Assembly: GCA_964035545.1 (NCBI GenBank)
Contig: OZ037771.1
Location: 15,533,289-15,597,288, forward strand
Reading direction: 5' to 3'
DNA: 64,000 nucleotides
DNA from: Bugula neritina
Lineage: Eukaryota; Animalia; Bryozoa
Position numbers and translations under genes: made by a program. The notes below the pieces were generated by a model, which was given only the letters and a program-made list of their open reading frames with translations, was not told the origin of the DNA and did not search any database. The first letter of the stretch is position 1. Each line of letters opens with the position of its first letter. Positions 45,474-63,856 of the stretch are shown piece by piece.

Positions 45474-48400
45474 TCATACAGCACTGTATTTGATGCCGGC
45501 TAAAAAGAAAAGAAAACAATGAACAGTAAATAACGGAAAGAAAAGAGAGGAAGGAAGGCAAGCATGTAAATTTAGCTAATGTTCTAAACACGAGTGTTTA
45601 CATGTAAGCGAAACGACAAGGTCTCCGCTCTGTAAAGGTTATGAGATAGAAAAGACACTAGGACTAACGCTAGCCTATTGTGTGGGCTAATTACCTTTAT
45701 ATCCATATGTGTCTAAACCTTGCAATTGCTACAAAATTATACATAAGATTTCATACATGTCAAGGTCACTTTAATAATATAGCCCAAGAGCCGAGTGTTC
45801 ATGAGGTACATGTTAGAGTAGCACCTACCATCATCATTACTGTAGCAGTTCTTGCAGTGCAATCTATTAACTCGAACTCGCACATCAGCTCCCATCTGCC
45901 CATTTGATAGCAGAGAATGGCAAACGCAGCATCTGAAGCACTCGACGTGGTAGTATAGTCCGAGAGACTCAATCACCATTGCTGCTCCTTTACCTGCAAC
46001 AAGATTCAGACTACTGTACACTCAGACTACACACTGTATACTCAGACTACACACTGTATACTCAGACTACACACTGCATACTCGGACTACTACATACTGT
46101 ATACTCAGACTACATACTGTATACTCAGACTACACACTGTATACTCAGACTACACACTGCATACTCAGACTACACACTGTATACTCAGACTACACGCTGT
46201 ATACTCAGACTACACACTGTATACTCAGACTACACACTGTATACTCAGACTACTCACTGTATACTCAGACTACACACTGCATACTCGGACTACACACTGT
46301 ATACTCGGACTACACGCTGTATACTCAGACTACATACTGTATACTCAGACTACACACTGTATACTCAGACTACACACTGTATACTCAGACTACACGCTGT
46401 ATACTCAGACTACACGCTGTATACTCAGACTATACACTGCATACTCAGACTACACGCTGTATACTCAGACTACACACTGTATACTCAGACTACATACTGT
46501 ATACTCAGACTGTATAAACTTACCAAGCTTCTTGCTGCAATAGGCGCAGGAGTATTTAGCAGAAACTGTGCTGTCTTGACTCTCGAGTCTCATTTGATTT
46601 CTGGGTGGCTTAGTTGGTGCTAGAGATGACTCTGGACTCGACTCCTTAGAATATCTGCCTTGCTTATAGAACTCATTGTTATTAGTGTAAGAGCTCATTG
46701 GTCTGCCACTGCTATAGTTGTGAGAAAAGTCATAGGCTGATTGGTCAGAGTAACTAGACGCGTTACCAGAGTCAATGTAATTGCTACTTGATTGTTTTTT
46801 ATCGTAAGAGTTTTGGTGGAGATGAGAGTTGGGGAGTCTGTTGTGTTGTCCAGTAGAAGGTGGAATGTTTCGGTCATAAGAGTCGTGGTGGACGTGTAAG
46901 GCAGCGTGACCCACTGGCTCCTGCCTTTCGTATGACCCGGTAGCAGTCACTTCTCTCTCGGCCAGTGAATCCTATAACACAATCAATAAACATGAGTATG
47001 ACACAAGAAGTAGAGGTTTAGTGAGAACTGAAGGGGCAGATTAGCACTTCCCCTCACCTGATGTTCTGCAGTCCCCCTGGTACCAGAAACTCCGTACACA
47101 CTACTCTGTCCTGCTGGCAGGAGTGGAGAGTTGTGGCCAGGTAAAGGTGGTTGATAGTGAGACTTGGTGAGAGGAGGGTTGGTGGTCACTTGATCAGGAG
47201 TGTAGCCATAGCCATTAGCAGAGTAATCCCTGTCATGTCTAGAGTTGGTAGAGGAGGCTGTTTGATTGCTTGCTGCCGGAATATTTCTCTCTCCACTTGC
47301 CTTGCCATAATGTGAATACTCTGTAGCCAGCTGACTGGCAGCTGATTGGCTGGAATACGCTGGTCTCCACTCGTCTTCCTGCTGCTGACTGTGATGGGAA
47401 CTCTGGGAAGGTTTGGGTTGACGGTGTGACTGCTGTGTCACTCTCCTCGACTCTTCTCTACGCTGCTGATCTCTGCGACTCTGTTCCAACATTTCCTACA
47501 ACGCAGTACCACACTGTAACTACCACACAGTACCACACTGTAACTACAACACAGTACCACACTGTAACTACAACACAGTACCACACTGTAACTACAACAC
47601 AGTACCACACTGTAACTACAACACAGTACCACACTGTAACTACAACACAGTACCACACTGTAACTACAACACAGTACCACACTGTAACTACAACACAGTA
47701 CCACACTGTAACTACCACACTGTACCACACTGTAACTACAACACAGTACCACACTGTAACTACAACACTGTACTACACTGTAACTACCACACTGTACCAC
47801 ACTGTAACTACCACACTGTACCACACTGTAGCTACAACACTGTACCACACTGTAACTACCACACTGTACCACACTGTAACTACCACACTGTACCACACTC
47901 ACTGTTACTATGAAATACTAAACCCACCTGGTGTCTCCGCTGTGACATCACATCGGCCCTCCTGTCCCCCGCCAAGTCCCGAATCTCCTGAGAATGTCTG
48001 TCGTCTTCACCGTGAGCCGCGCTGGATCTCTCCAACTCCCTCCTTTGTCTCTCCTCCTGCATGTCGACTCCGTGGATGTGCTTGACCTCTTCATCGTGTC
48101 TCAATTGAGCTCTCGTCAGCTGCAACACCACACAGTCACACTAACTACAGTACTGTATCACACTATACTAACTACAGTACTGTATCACACTATACTAACT
48201 ACAGTACTGTATCACACTACACTAACTACAGTACTGTATCACACTATACTAACTACAGTACTGTATCACACACTATACTAACTACAGTACTGTATCACAC
48301 ACTATACTAACTACAGTACTGTATCACACACTATACTAACTACAGTACTGTATCACACTATACTAACTACAGTACTGTATCACACTATACTAACTACAGT

Positions 48401-51400
48401 ACTGTATCACACACTATACTAACTACAGTACTGTATCACACTATACTAACTACAGTACTGTATCACACTATACTAACTACAGTACTGTATCACACACTAT
48501 ACTAACTACAGTACTGTATCACACACTATACTAACTACAGTACTGTATCACACACTATACTAACTACAGTACTGTATCACACACTATACTAACTACAGTA
48601 CTGTATCACACTATACTAACTACAGTACTGTATCACACACTATACTAACTACAGTACTGTATCACACACTATACTAACTACAGTACTGTATCACACACTA
48701 TACTAACTACAGTACTGTATCACACTATACTAACTACAGTACTGTATCACACTATACTAACTACAGTACTGTATCACACTATACTAACTACAGTACTGTA
48801 TCACACACTATACTAACTACAGTACTGTATCACACACTATACTAACTACAGTACTGTATCACACTATACTAACTACAGTACTGTATCACACTATACTAAC
48901 TACAGTACTGTATCACACTATACTAACTACAGTACTGTATCACACACTATACTAACTACAGTACTGTATCACACACTATACTAACTACAGTACTGTATCA
49001 CACTATACTAACTACAGTACTGTATCACACTATACTAACTACAGTACTGTATCACACACTATACTAACTACAGTACTGTATCACACACTATACTAACTAC
49101 AGTACTGTATCACACTATACTAACTACAGTACTGTATCACACACTCACCTCCTCTGCCTCTCTAGCCATACGCTGCCGAGCTCTATCTAAGGGATCTGCT
49201 CTCTCGGCATCACTTTGCTCAGCGTAACTTTGTCTTCTCTCCTCCACATTCGCTGCCTCGTATTGCTGATTCAAGCGCCGTATCTCCGCCAACTCTCTCT
49301 GTCTCTCATCTCGTAACTTTCTCTCTCTGTTCACTCTTTCTCTTTCATCTTCCTCAGCTTTTAGCGTTTCTTCTTCTCTCAACGTTTTCATCATGGCTAA
49401 TTCTTTCATCCTTTCGTAGGCAGCATCTGAGGCATCAACGCTTCGTACGATATCCCCCTGTAGTACACACTGTAGTATACACTGTAGTACACACTGTAGT
49501 ATACACTGTAGTACACATTGTAGTATACACTGTAGTACACATTGTAGTATACACTGTAGTACAGTAGAGAAGAGATAGTATAGACTATAAAGTATAGCAT
49601 AGAGATGCGGTACGTAGAGAGACCCACCCTGTGAGGTGATGATCTGAAGTCTAAACTCTTAGACCGAGAATCTTTAGTCATGTGTGGAGGCTGGACGGTG
49701 GAGACAGCCTTCCTCATGGCCAGAGGGCGGGGCTTAGCAGTTGACTTCCTGTTCTCTTTAGACTGATCCGCCCAGTACCTGCGACCATACAGTGACAGCT
49801 CTTTATACACAGAGGGGAGATAATACACAGAGGGGAGATAATACACAGAAAGGGGAGATAATATACAGAGGGGAGATAATACACAGAAAGGGGAGATAAT
49901 ACAGAGAGGGGAGATAATACACAGAGGGGAGATAATACACAGAGGGGAGATAATACACACCTCTCTGCCTCTTTGCTCTGCTGTTCAAACATGGCTCTGT
50001 TAGAGAAGAAGCCCATAGAGTTTCTGTGTGGTTTACTGCTGAGTTCTTCAGTATTCTACAGGAAACAGGTTACTATATATATTACTATACTGAATACTAT
50101 ATATATTACTATACTGGCTACTATATATATTACTATACTGAATACTATATATATTACTATACTGGCTACTATATATTACTATACTAGCTACTATATATAT
50201 TACTATACTGACTACTATATATCACTATACTGAATACTATATATATTACTATACTGGCTACTATATATTACTATACTAGCTACTATATATATTACTATAC
50301 TGACTACTATATATATTACTATACTGAATACTATATATATTACTATACTGACTACTATATATATTACTATACTGACTACTATATATATATTACTATACTG
50401 AATACTATATATATTACTATACTGACTACTATATATATTACTATACTGACTACTATATATTACTATACTAGCTACTATATATGTTACTATACTGACTACT
50501 ATATATATTACTATACTAGCTACTATATATATTACTATACTAGCTACTATATATATTACTATACTGAATACTATATATGTTACTATACTAGCTACTATAT
50601 ATGTTACTATACTGACTACTATATATGTTACTATACTGGCTACTATATATTACTATACTGGCTACTATATATTACTATACTGGCTACTATATATTACTAT
50701 ACTGAATACTATATATGTTACTATACTGACTACTATATATGTTACTATACTAGCTACTATATATATATTACTATACTAGCTACTATATATATTACTATAC
50801 TGACTACTATATATGTTACTATACTAGCTACTATATATATTACTATACTGAATACTATATATATTACTATATATATGTTACCTGGCGGTTGATTGGCTGA
50901 GAGTTGACTGGGGCTTCACTCACACGTCTCGGTTGAACAGAGAATCTTTTCTTCTCTCGCGTCATTTTCAGCACATCCTCTTTACGGAGCGTGCTCGGCA
51001 TCGATGGGTCCACATCTGATTGCTTGAAGTCTCGGGCTGGCGATGCATTGACCTCAACGGCACTCCTCGTAGGAGGAGCACTGATCTCTCCGGCAGGTCT
51101 TACTGGTGACTGGCCAACGGAGCTTTTGACAGTTGCCTGAGTTTCTTCCTCAACTGAAAGTATAACAGTTACTAAATACTACTCACTAGCCAATCATATT
51201 CATCACACACTACTCACTAGCCAATCATATTCATCACACACTACTCACTAGCCAATCATATTCATCACACACTACTCACTAGCCAATCATATTCATCACA
51301 CACTAGCCAATCGTATTCTAAACTAATTACTTTCACTCCTCCAGTTAGTTTTGCTGGGCGCGGACTTCCTGCGCTCAGCTAGACCTCTGTTTACATTCAC

Positions 51401-53601
51401 TCGTTTCCATGGAGGGACAACTCTGTCATCCTCTACTGACGCAATCACTTCCTTTCTTTCCCACGAGCCCGGAGATTCCTTAGGAAGATCTTTGGTGTCC
51501 TTCCACGGTGTGCTCTGCATCGAATAACACATTACTACATTACATTACATTACTACATTACATCGCTACATTACATTACTACATTACACTAATAGATTAC
51601 ATTACTACATTACATTATTACATTACACTAATAGATTAATTATTAAATTACATTGCTACATTACATTACTAGATTACATTATAATAATAACTTTTAGACA
51701 AGAGAGCAGAGCAATGTAGGCACCTTTTTGTTCATATTCATAACATCTTTACGACTCATGGGGGGAGGTGAAGGGTCTCTCTCCCCGAAGTTGGAGGGCA
51801 ACTCCTCATCGTAGTACTTGTAGACGTCAGACAGGTACGGTGTGGACTTGGTTAGAGCTGCAGAGGGCTAGAATATGACAGGAGGTTACCTTGTATTAGA
51901 GCAGATTAGGGAGGCAGGTTCAATGTGATTTGGATTTGATGCAGATGAGTGGAGGGCACACACCTAGCTAATCTCTCTCTGACACATACAAGCTGCACAC
52001 CTTACGGTGTATAGTACAATATAATATACTATATAGAGTACATACTATATACAGAGTACATACTATACAGAGTACATACTATACAGAGTACATACTATAT
52101 ACAGAGTACATACTATACGGAGTACATACTATATACAGAGTACATACTATATACAGAGTACATACTATACGGAGTACCCTGTGCTATGCACTCTGGTGGA
52201 ACGCACTCAGGTCAAAGGAGGAGGTGATTTATTACCATTATTATGATAGAAATAAACAACTGCAATGCCAGATATGAACACTTGACAGCTGCTAGTAGCA
52301 CTGGAAGCTGAAGAGATAATGAAGTGGAAATGAATACAACTAGACCTCTGTGAATAGTAGCATGGCTAGTAGAGTAGAGGTAGTATGAACTAGAGAGAGT
52401 AGAGTAGAGGTAGTATGAACTAGAGAGAGTAGAGTAGAGGTAATATGAACTAGAGAGAGTAGAGTAGAGGTAATATGAACTAGAGAGAGTAGAGTAGAGG
52501 TAATATGAACTAGAGAGAGTAGAGTAGAGGTAGTATGAACTAGAGAGAGTAGAGTAGAGGTAGTATGAACTAGAGAGAGTAGAGTAGAGGTAGTATGAAC
52601 TAGAGAGAGTAGAGTAGAGGTAGTATGAACTAGAGAGAGTAGAGTAGAGGTAGTATGAACTAGAGAGAGTAGAGTAGAGGTAGTATGAACTAGAGAGAGT
52701 AGAGTAGAGGTAATATGAACTAGAGAGAGTAGAGTAGAGGTAATATGAACTAGAGAGAGTAGAGTAGAGGTAATATGAACTAGAGAGAGTAGAGTAGAGG
52801 TATTTGATACGAAGAGAATTATACAACAACTGAGTTTGACAAGATTCAGCAGAAAATCTGAGTTCATCAAATACATGACTGAATCCTACATGTTCCTCCA
52901 GACATTTTATTGTTAAGCTGCCTTTATACCTTCACGATTTTTGGTTAGAAATGCAATTTGGCCGAGTTGAAATTTCTCCGAGATGCATTGCATTGTAAAA
53001 GCCACTCGTAAAAAATTTTGTACTGCGACAACTTAATCGGCCGATTTCAGAATAATACTCAAAAAATTAATAACCCCTTGTAAACATCGTTATTTAGTTG
53101 TGACTTTGGCGATTAGATGACGGACTTGTCAACTTCACTAATTCACGACGCTTTCAAAGGGCATCAAATAGCGATTAGGCGAGTTAGAGTTCACTTTTTG
53201 AAAGTAAGCTTCCGCATCAATTTGATTTCAACGATTGTCGGTTTGACTATAAAGGGGTACTCGGACAACCGTTATCAACTGAAACTGGAAACTTTTTTTA
53301 GCAGAGGTATAAACGCAACTTTAGTTGAATACGTAGGGTAAATACGTGATGTAAATACGTGGTGTAAATACGTGGTGTAAATACATGGTGTAATACAGGT
53401 AAACACGCGTGGATAGGGCAGTGAGGCTTAACCTACCTTAGGGTTGGCGTTGTAGTAGTTGGCAGTATATCCATCTTTCATACCTGTCACTTGAGACTCT
53501 AGAAAATAGATTAGAAATAGTCAGTTCACTATACACTGTGGATAAATACACTAGTAGAAATATTGGTGGTGGCAGTAGTGCCAGAATAAGTAGTAGTAGT
53601 C

Positions 53602-53692
<91 letters not shown>

Positions 53693-53923
53693 CAGTAGTA
53701 GTAGCAGTAGTAGTACTAGTGGTGGTAGTGGTAGTAATACTACTACTACTACTACTACTACTAGTAGTACTACTACTAGTAGTAGTAGTACTACTACTAC
53801 TAGTAGTAGTAGTAGTAGTACTAGTAGTAGTACTAGTAGTAGTAGTATTACTACCACTACCACCACTAGTACTACTACTAGTAGTACTAGTAGTAGTAGT
53901 AGTACTAGTAGTAGTAGCACTAA

Positions 53924-53955
<32 letters not shown>

Positions 53956-56900
53956 CTAGTAGTAGTAGTACGTACAGTTGTAGTCCAACTCTCAGATCTC
54001 ACAAACAGCTATCAAGATATTCACAGCACGTATGAATACATTCACAGATTGACAGGAAGATCATAGAAGGGCAGATTATGAGTTAATTTAAGGGGGTGGA
54101 CCTAGTAACTATAATGACACGCCTCTCCTTAAAAACCCTCGAACGGCCAATAGGAGCAGAGAGAATGAAATCATTCCACTGCATACAATCATCACTTGGT
54201 GATTAAGAAGCCATTAAGCAGTTGTTGTTAAGCAGTCCGTGAAAATGCCAAAGATAGGGATTACTAATGGTGTATATGAGCTAGTTATTAGTGTTGTTAA
54301 AGTGTTTCCACCAGTATGATGAGCTGGGAGAAACCCTACAGGTAAAACTGCCTGGGGGGAATCGTTAAGCTGGTTAAATTATTAATTTGTTTGTCAACAA
54401 GAGATACAATGAATCAGTCAGTGTAGAGATTGCAGGTGATATGGCATTCACAGAGAGGTAGATACACAGAGGTAGATACACAGAGAGGTAGATACAGAGA
54501 GGTAGATATACACAGAGAGGTAGATATACAGAGAGGTAGATATACAGTGGTAGACATACAGAGAGGTAGATACACAGAGAAGTAGATATACAGAGAGGTA
54601 GATATACAGAGAGGTAGATACAGAGAGGTAGATACACAGAGGTAGATACACAGAGGTAGATATACAGAGAGGTAGATACACAGAGAGGTAGATATACAGA
54701 GAGGTAGATACACAGAGAGGTAGACATACAGAGAGGTAGATACACAGAGAGGTAGATACAGAGAGGTAGATACACAGAGAGGTAGATACACAGAGGTAGA
54801 CATACAGAGAGGTAGATATACAGAGAGGTAGATACACAGAGAGGTAGATATACAGAGAGGTAGATACACAGAGAGGTAGATACAGAGAGGTAGATACACA
54901 GAGGTAGATACACAGAGAGGTAGATATGCAGAGAGGTAGATACACAGAGGTAGATACAGAGAGGTAGATACACAGAGGTAGATACACAGAGGTAGATACA
55001 CAGAGGTAGATACACAGAGAGGTAGATACATAGAGAGGTAGATATACAGAGAGGTAGATATACAGAGACTTACTATCTACTGGTTTTATTCTGTATTTTG
55101 CCAAGTCATCATCATCACTCTCCTCTCTACTCTGCATCTCCTTACTTTCAGTTCTATAAATATACACACAGATGTATAAATATACACACAGATGTATATA
55201 ATATACACACAGATGTATATAAATATACACAGAGATGTATATAATATACACACAGATGTATATAATATACACACAGATGTATATAAATATACACACAGAT
55301 GTATATAAATATACACACAGATGTATATAATATACACACAGATGTATATAAACATACACACAGATGTATATAATATACACAGAGATGTATATAATATACA
55401 CACAGATGTATATAAATATACACAGAGATGTATATAATATACACACAGATGTATATAATATACACAGAGATGTATATAATATACACACAGATGTATATAA
55501 ATATACACAGAGATGTATATAATATACACACAGATGTATATAATATACACACAGATGTATATAATATACACAGAGATGTATATAATATACACACAGATGT
55601 ATATAAATATACACACAGATGTATATAAATATACACACAGATGTATATAATATACACACAGATGTATATAAACATACACAGAGATGTATATAATATACAC
55701 ACAGATGTATATAAATATACACATAGATGTATATAAATATACACACAGATGTATATAATATACACACAGATGTATATAAACATACACACAGATGTATATA
55801 ATATACACAGAGATGTATATAATATACACACAGATGTATATAAATATACACAGAGATGTATATAATATACACACAGATGTATATAAATATACACACAGAT
55901 GTATATAAATATACACACAGATGTATATAATATACACACAGATGTATATAAACATACACACAGATGTATATAATATACACAGAGATGTATATAATATACA
56001 CACAGATGTATATAAATATACACACAGATGTATATAAATATACACAGAGATGTATATAAATATACACACAGATGTATATAAATATACACACAGATGTTTA
56101 TATAATATACACACAGATATTTATAAATATACACACAGATGTATATAAATATACACACAGATGTATATAAATATACACACAGAAGTATATAATATACACA
56201 CAGATATATATATAAATAAACTCAGATGTTTATAAATATACACACAGATGTATATAATATACACACAGATGTATATAAATATACACACAGATGTATATAA
56301 ATATACACACAGATGTATATAAATATACACACAGATGTATATAAATATACACACAGATGTATATAAATATACACAGAGATGTATATAAATATACACACAG
56401 ATGTATATAAATATACACACAGATGTTTATATAATATACACACAGATATTTATAAATATACACACAGATGTATATAAATATACACACAGATGTATATAAA
56501 TATACACACAGAAGTATATAATATACACACAGATATATATATAAATAAACTCAGATGTTTATAAATATACACACAGATGTATATAAATATACACACAGTT
56601 GTATATAAATATACACAGAGATGTATATAAACATACACACAGATGTATATAAACATACACACAGTTGTATATAAATATACACACAGATGTATATAAATAT
56701 ACACACAGATGTATATAAACATACACACAGATGTATATAAACATACACACAGTTGTATATAAATATACACACAGATGTATATAAATATACACACAGAAGT
56801 ATATAATATACACACAGATATATATATAAATAAACTCAGATGTTTATAAATATACACACAGATGTATATAAATATACACACAGTTGTATATAAATATACA

Positions 56901-59900
56901 CAGAGATGTATATAAATATACACAGAGATGTATATAAACATACACACAGATGTATATAAACATACACACAGTTGTATATAAACATACACACAGATGTATA
57001 TAAACATACACACAGATGTATATAAACATACACACAGATGTATATAAATATACACACAACTGTATATAAACATACACACAGATGTATATAAACATACACA
57101 CAGATGTATATAAATATACACACAGATGTATATAAACATACACACAGATGTATATAAACATACACAGAGATGTATATAAACATACACACAGATGTATATA
57201 AACATACACACAGATGTATATAATATACAAACAGATGTCGTACACGTAATACAAACAAACGAACCCAGAATGAATGCCTTCACTCTCCTCATCTCTGCCG
57301 AATTTAGCTTTGATTTGTAACAGTTTCTGCACAGTTTTGTCTCTAGTCTGCTTTTCCTGTAATAATATACTGAGTATAGTATACTATGGTAGAATATACA
57401 GTATAATATACGTAAAAATACACTGAGTATAGTATACTATGGTAGAATATACAGTATAGTATACGTGATATATAGTATAGTATACTATGGTAGAATATAC
57501 AGTATAGTATACGTGATATGTAGTATAGTATACTTTGGTAGAATATACAGTATAGTATACATGATATGTAGTATAGTATACTTTGGTAGAAGAAAGTCCA
57601 ATACGCAGGTTAGCAAGGGTGGATAGACTTTTATCTGCATCACAAGGGGTGTCACTTGGTTCACTCTGAATAAGAAACATGACGAGGGTGCAACACACAG
57701 CAGTACATAACACAGTGCAACACACTGTAAACACAATACAATGCAATACGTGGCGCATGTAATATACATATACTGCAGTGACTGCTAGTAGTTAGTATAT
57801 ACTGTAGTGACTGCTAGTAGTTAGTATATACTGTAGTGACTGCTAGTAGTTAGTATATATACTGTAGTGACTGCTAGTAGTTAGTATATATACTGTAGTG
57901 ACTGCTAGTAGTTAGTATATATACTGTAGTGACTGCTAGTAGTTAGTATATATACTGTGGTGACTGCTAGTAGTTAGTATATATACTGTAGTGACTGCTA
58001 GTAGTTAGTATATATACTGTAGTGACTGCTAGTAGTTAGTATATACTGTAGTGACTGCTAGTAGTTAGTATATACTGTAGTGACTACTTACAGAAAGTTT
58101 TCTTTGCAAGTCTTGCTCCTCGGCAACTCTCTCAGTCTCTTCCATCTGCTTTCTGATTTCACTCTGCTCTTTCTCATACTGTTCCTAGAAGATAGTGTAG
58201 ATACTACTAGAAGATAGTGTAGATACAACTAGTAGACAGTGTAGATACAACTAGTAGATAGTGTAGATACAACTAGTAGATAGTGTAGATACAACTAGTA
58301 GATAATGTAGATACAACTAGTAGATAATGTAGATACAACTAGTAGATAGTGTAGATACAACTAGTAGATAGTGTAGATACAACTAGTAGATAGTGTAGAT
58401 ACAACTAGTAGATAGTGTAGATACAACTAGTAGATAGTGTAGATACAACTAGAAGATAATGTAGATACAACTAGTAGATAGTGTAGATACAACTAGTAGA
58501 TAGTGTAGATACAACTAGTACATAGTGTAGATACAACTAGTAGATAGTGTAGATACAACTAGTAGATAGTGTAGATACTACTAGTAGATAGTGTAGATAC
58601 AACTAGTAGATAGTGTAGATACAACTAGTAGATAATGTAGATACAACTAGTAGATAATGTAGATACAACTAGTAGATAGTGTAGATACAACTAGTAGATA
58701 GTGTAGATACAACTAGTACATAGTGTAGATACAACTAGTAGATAGTGTAGATACAACTAGTAGATAGTGTAGATACTACTAGTAGATAGTGTAGATACAA
58801 CTAGTAGATAGTGTAGATACTACTAGTAGATAGTGTAGATACAACAAGTAAATCATTATGGCTGTTGAATGGCAAGTGAACTACTACATTATACTGAGTA
58901 CTGTAATATTATACTGTGTGCTCTACATACTACTATCTGATATTTATAACGTATATCTCAGTGCTCACTGGGAGAACAACTCACACAAGAGGGAATAACT
59001 ACACAGTATAACTATCACACAAGAGGGGATAACTACACAGTATTACTATTACACAAGAGGGGATAGCTACACAGTATAATTATTACACAAGAGGGGATAA
59101 CTACACAGTATTACTATTACACAAGAGGGGATAACTACACAGTATTACTATTACACAAGAGGGGATAACTACACAGTATAACTATTACACAAGAGGAGAT
59201 AACTACACAGTATAACTATTACACAAGAGAGGATAACTACACAGTATTACTATTACACAAGAGGGGATAACTACACAGTATTACTATTACACAAGAGGGG
59301 ATAACTACACAGTATTACTATTACACAAGAGGGGATAACTACACAGTATTACTATTACACAAGAGGGGATAACTACACAGTATTACTATTACACAAGAGG
59401 GGATAACTACACAGTATAATTATTACACAAGAGGGAATAACTACACAGTATAACTATTACACAAGAGGGGATAACTACACAGTATTACTATTACACAAGA
59501 GGGGATAACTACAGACCCGCTGCCTCATTTCCTGCTCTCGCTGCCAGTCTTCCATCCTTTTAGCATCTTCACCAAATACCTCGCTCTTTTTTCTCATCCT
59601 GAAAATGAATGTATAGTACTGATACTATATGTGGTTAACACTGGATAGTGTATAGTACTGATACTATATGTGGTTAACACTGGATAGTGTATATTATACA
59701 ATGTACTATCTGAATACATAGTATATAAAGTTAGCTTCTATTGAGAGTAATCTTCCCCTGACCATTTCAATTGGAGCAGATAATGAATGCAGGAATTTAG
59801 CTACCTGAGAAATCTGATATGAACAGGTAAACATGTCAAGTGAGTGAAAAATGTTGATCCAGTATACAAACAATGCACACAGCAGTGAGAGACATGGCAG

Positions 59901-61010
59901 TGAGAGACATGGCAGAGAGAGACATGGCAGTGAGAGACATAGCAGTGAGAGACATAGCAGTGAGAGACATGGCAGTGAGAGACATAGCAGTGAGAGACAT
60001 AGCAGTGACAGACATAGTAGTGAGAGACAAAGCAGTGAGAGACATAGTAGTGAAAGACAGACAGACAGACATAGTAGTGAGAGACAAAGCAGTGAGAGAC
60101 ATAGTAGTGAAAGACAGACAGACAGACATAGCACATGACAACCAATTGTAATGTGTTAACATATTATTTACATGTCATGACTTGCCATACAAACTAACTG
60201 CTAGTAACATTACATATTAAAATACTATATATTAGATTCTAATATTTAGAGTAGTTTGTTGAAATCAAGTGTTAGAGAAAGAGGTGTGTGTAGACTGTGA
60301 GCCGGCCTCTAGTACACACCAGTATCACCTGCCAGTCACACCTGCCAGTCACACCCGCCAGTCACACCCGCCAGTCACACCCGCCAGTCACACCTGCCAG
60401 TCACACCTGCCACCACAGTTCCAGCAGGTGCTCTATAAGAGTCTACTTCTATGCACTCAGTGACTAAGGGAATTGGGGAGTCCGACTGAGCAATATATTC
60501 ACATCACCACGATTACTTCAACACGTTTACATCTCATATGCTAAATTAGTGAAAGGAAGTGACATCATAACGGACTACCTGGCGCCATCTGGAGAGATCA
60601 ATGGCACAGCGACCTCTTCAAAGTCTTTAGATACTTTCTCCTGTATTTCATTGAAGCCGTTCATGTTGTGTTCCCCTGCAGAGTATACAGAGTATATAAA
60701 CATATCACATCAATGAGTAGTTGTGTTCCCCTGCAGAGTATACAGTATATATAAACATATCACATCTAATGAGTAGTTGTGTTCCCCTGCAGAGTATACA
60801 GTGTATATAAACATATCATATCTAATGAGTAGTTGTGTTCCCCTGCAGAGTATACAGTGTATATAAACATATCACATCTAATGAGTAGTTGTGTTCCCCT
60901 GCAGAGTATACAGTGTATATAGTCCTACCTTGTGTCAGCACCTCTTCTCCTCCGTAAGTTGTCTCCCTTACTTCATATTCTTGAGGGGACATGTACTCGG
61001 TAGGGGGGCT
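45474..61010 (-). CDS. LMO7: LMO7/LIMCH1 (Smallish)-like LIM-domain protein, 3' part (5' end beyond the right edge)
   Basis: The C-terminal LIM, CAYCSKKLGKGAAMVIESLGLYYHVECFRCCVCHSLLSNGQMGADVRVRVNRLHCKNCY, has the LGKGAAM.IE.L and DVR.R motifs typical of LMO7/LIMCH1. In-frame exons: 61010-60929, 60675-60579, 59598-59517, 58184-58092, 57356-57265, 55153-55074, (53498-53484), 51857-51724, 51514-51331, 51153-50882, 50055-49961, 49778-49628, 49457-49149, 48119-47928, 47495-47058, 46971-46524 and 45993-45829. The last exon is 45499-45474 (AGIKYSAV*) or 45629-45598. Confidence 0.85.
46005..50880. repeat. Series of intron-filling minisatellites in the LIM gene (20-bp 46005-46515; 21-bp 47500-47900; ~30-bp 48135-49145; 12-bp 49460-49560; ~19-bp 49805-49958; TA-rich 50070-50880)
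   Basis: Each intron has a different unit that runs almost to the splice sites. Confidence 0.95.
52368..60140. repeat. Further intronic arrays in the LIM gene (30-bp 52368-52800; AGT/ACT 53590-53970; GAGGTAGATACA 54448-55068; ~21-bp 55155-57235; 57770-58088; 20-bp 58185-58845; ~37-bp 58990-59512; 15-bp 59880-60135)
   Basis: Directly visible; they explain the ORF-track ORFs in this region. Confidence 0.95.
60665..60920 (-). repeat. ~56-bp array of the acceptor junction of LIM-gene exon 60675
   Basis: GTATACTCTGCAG|GGGAACACAAC occurs five times. Confidence 0.93.
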
Positions 61011-61056
61011 CTGCAACAAACCCAACCAGTACTGTGGAACAGAAGGTATACAACTT

Positions 61057-63856
<2,800 letters not shown>

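Noticed and set aside
52915-53340. CpG-richer intronic segment resembling a DNA-transposon relic (CCTTTATA...TATAAAGG)
   Set aside because: The inverted match is too short and no TSD is identifiable; it needs a genome copy-number search.
54374-57332. Multiple long Y/I/C/V-rich ORFs
   Set aside because: Minisatellite translations. Only the short exons 55153-55074 and 57356-57265 fit the gene model.
57600-57666. Possible LIM-gene exon SEPSDTPCDADKSLSTLAN
   Set aside because: The acceptor is plausible, but I found no convincing in-phase GT donor, and the flanking exons join without it.
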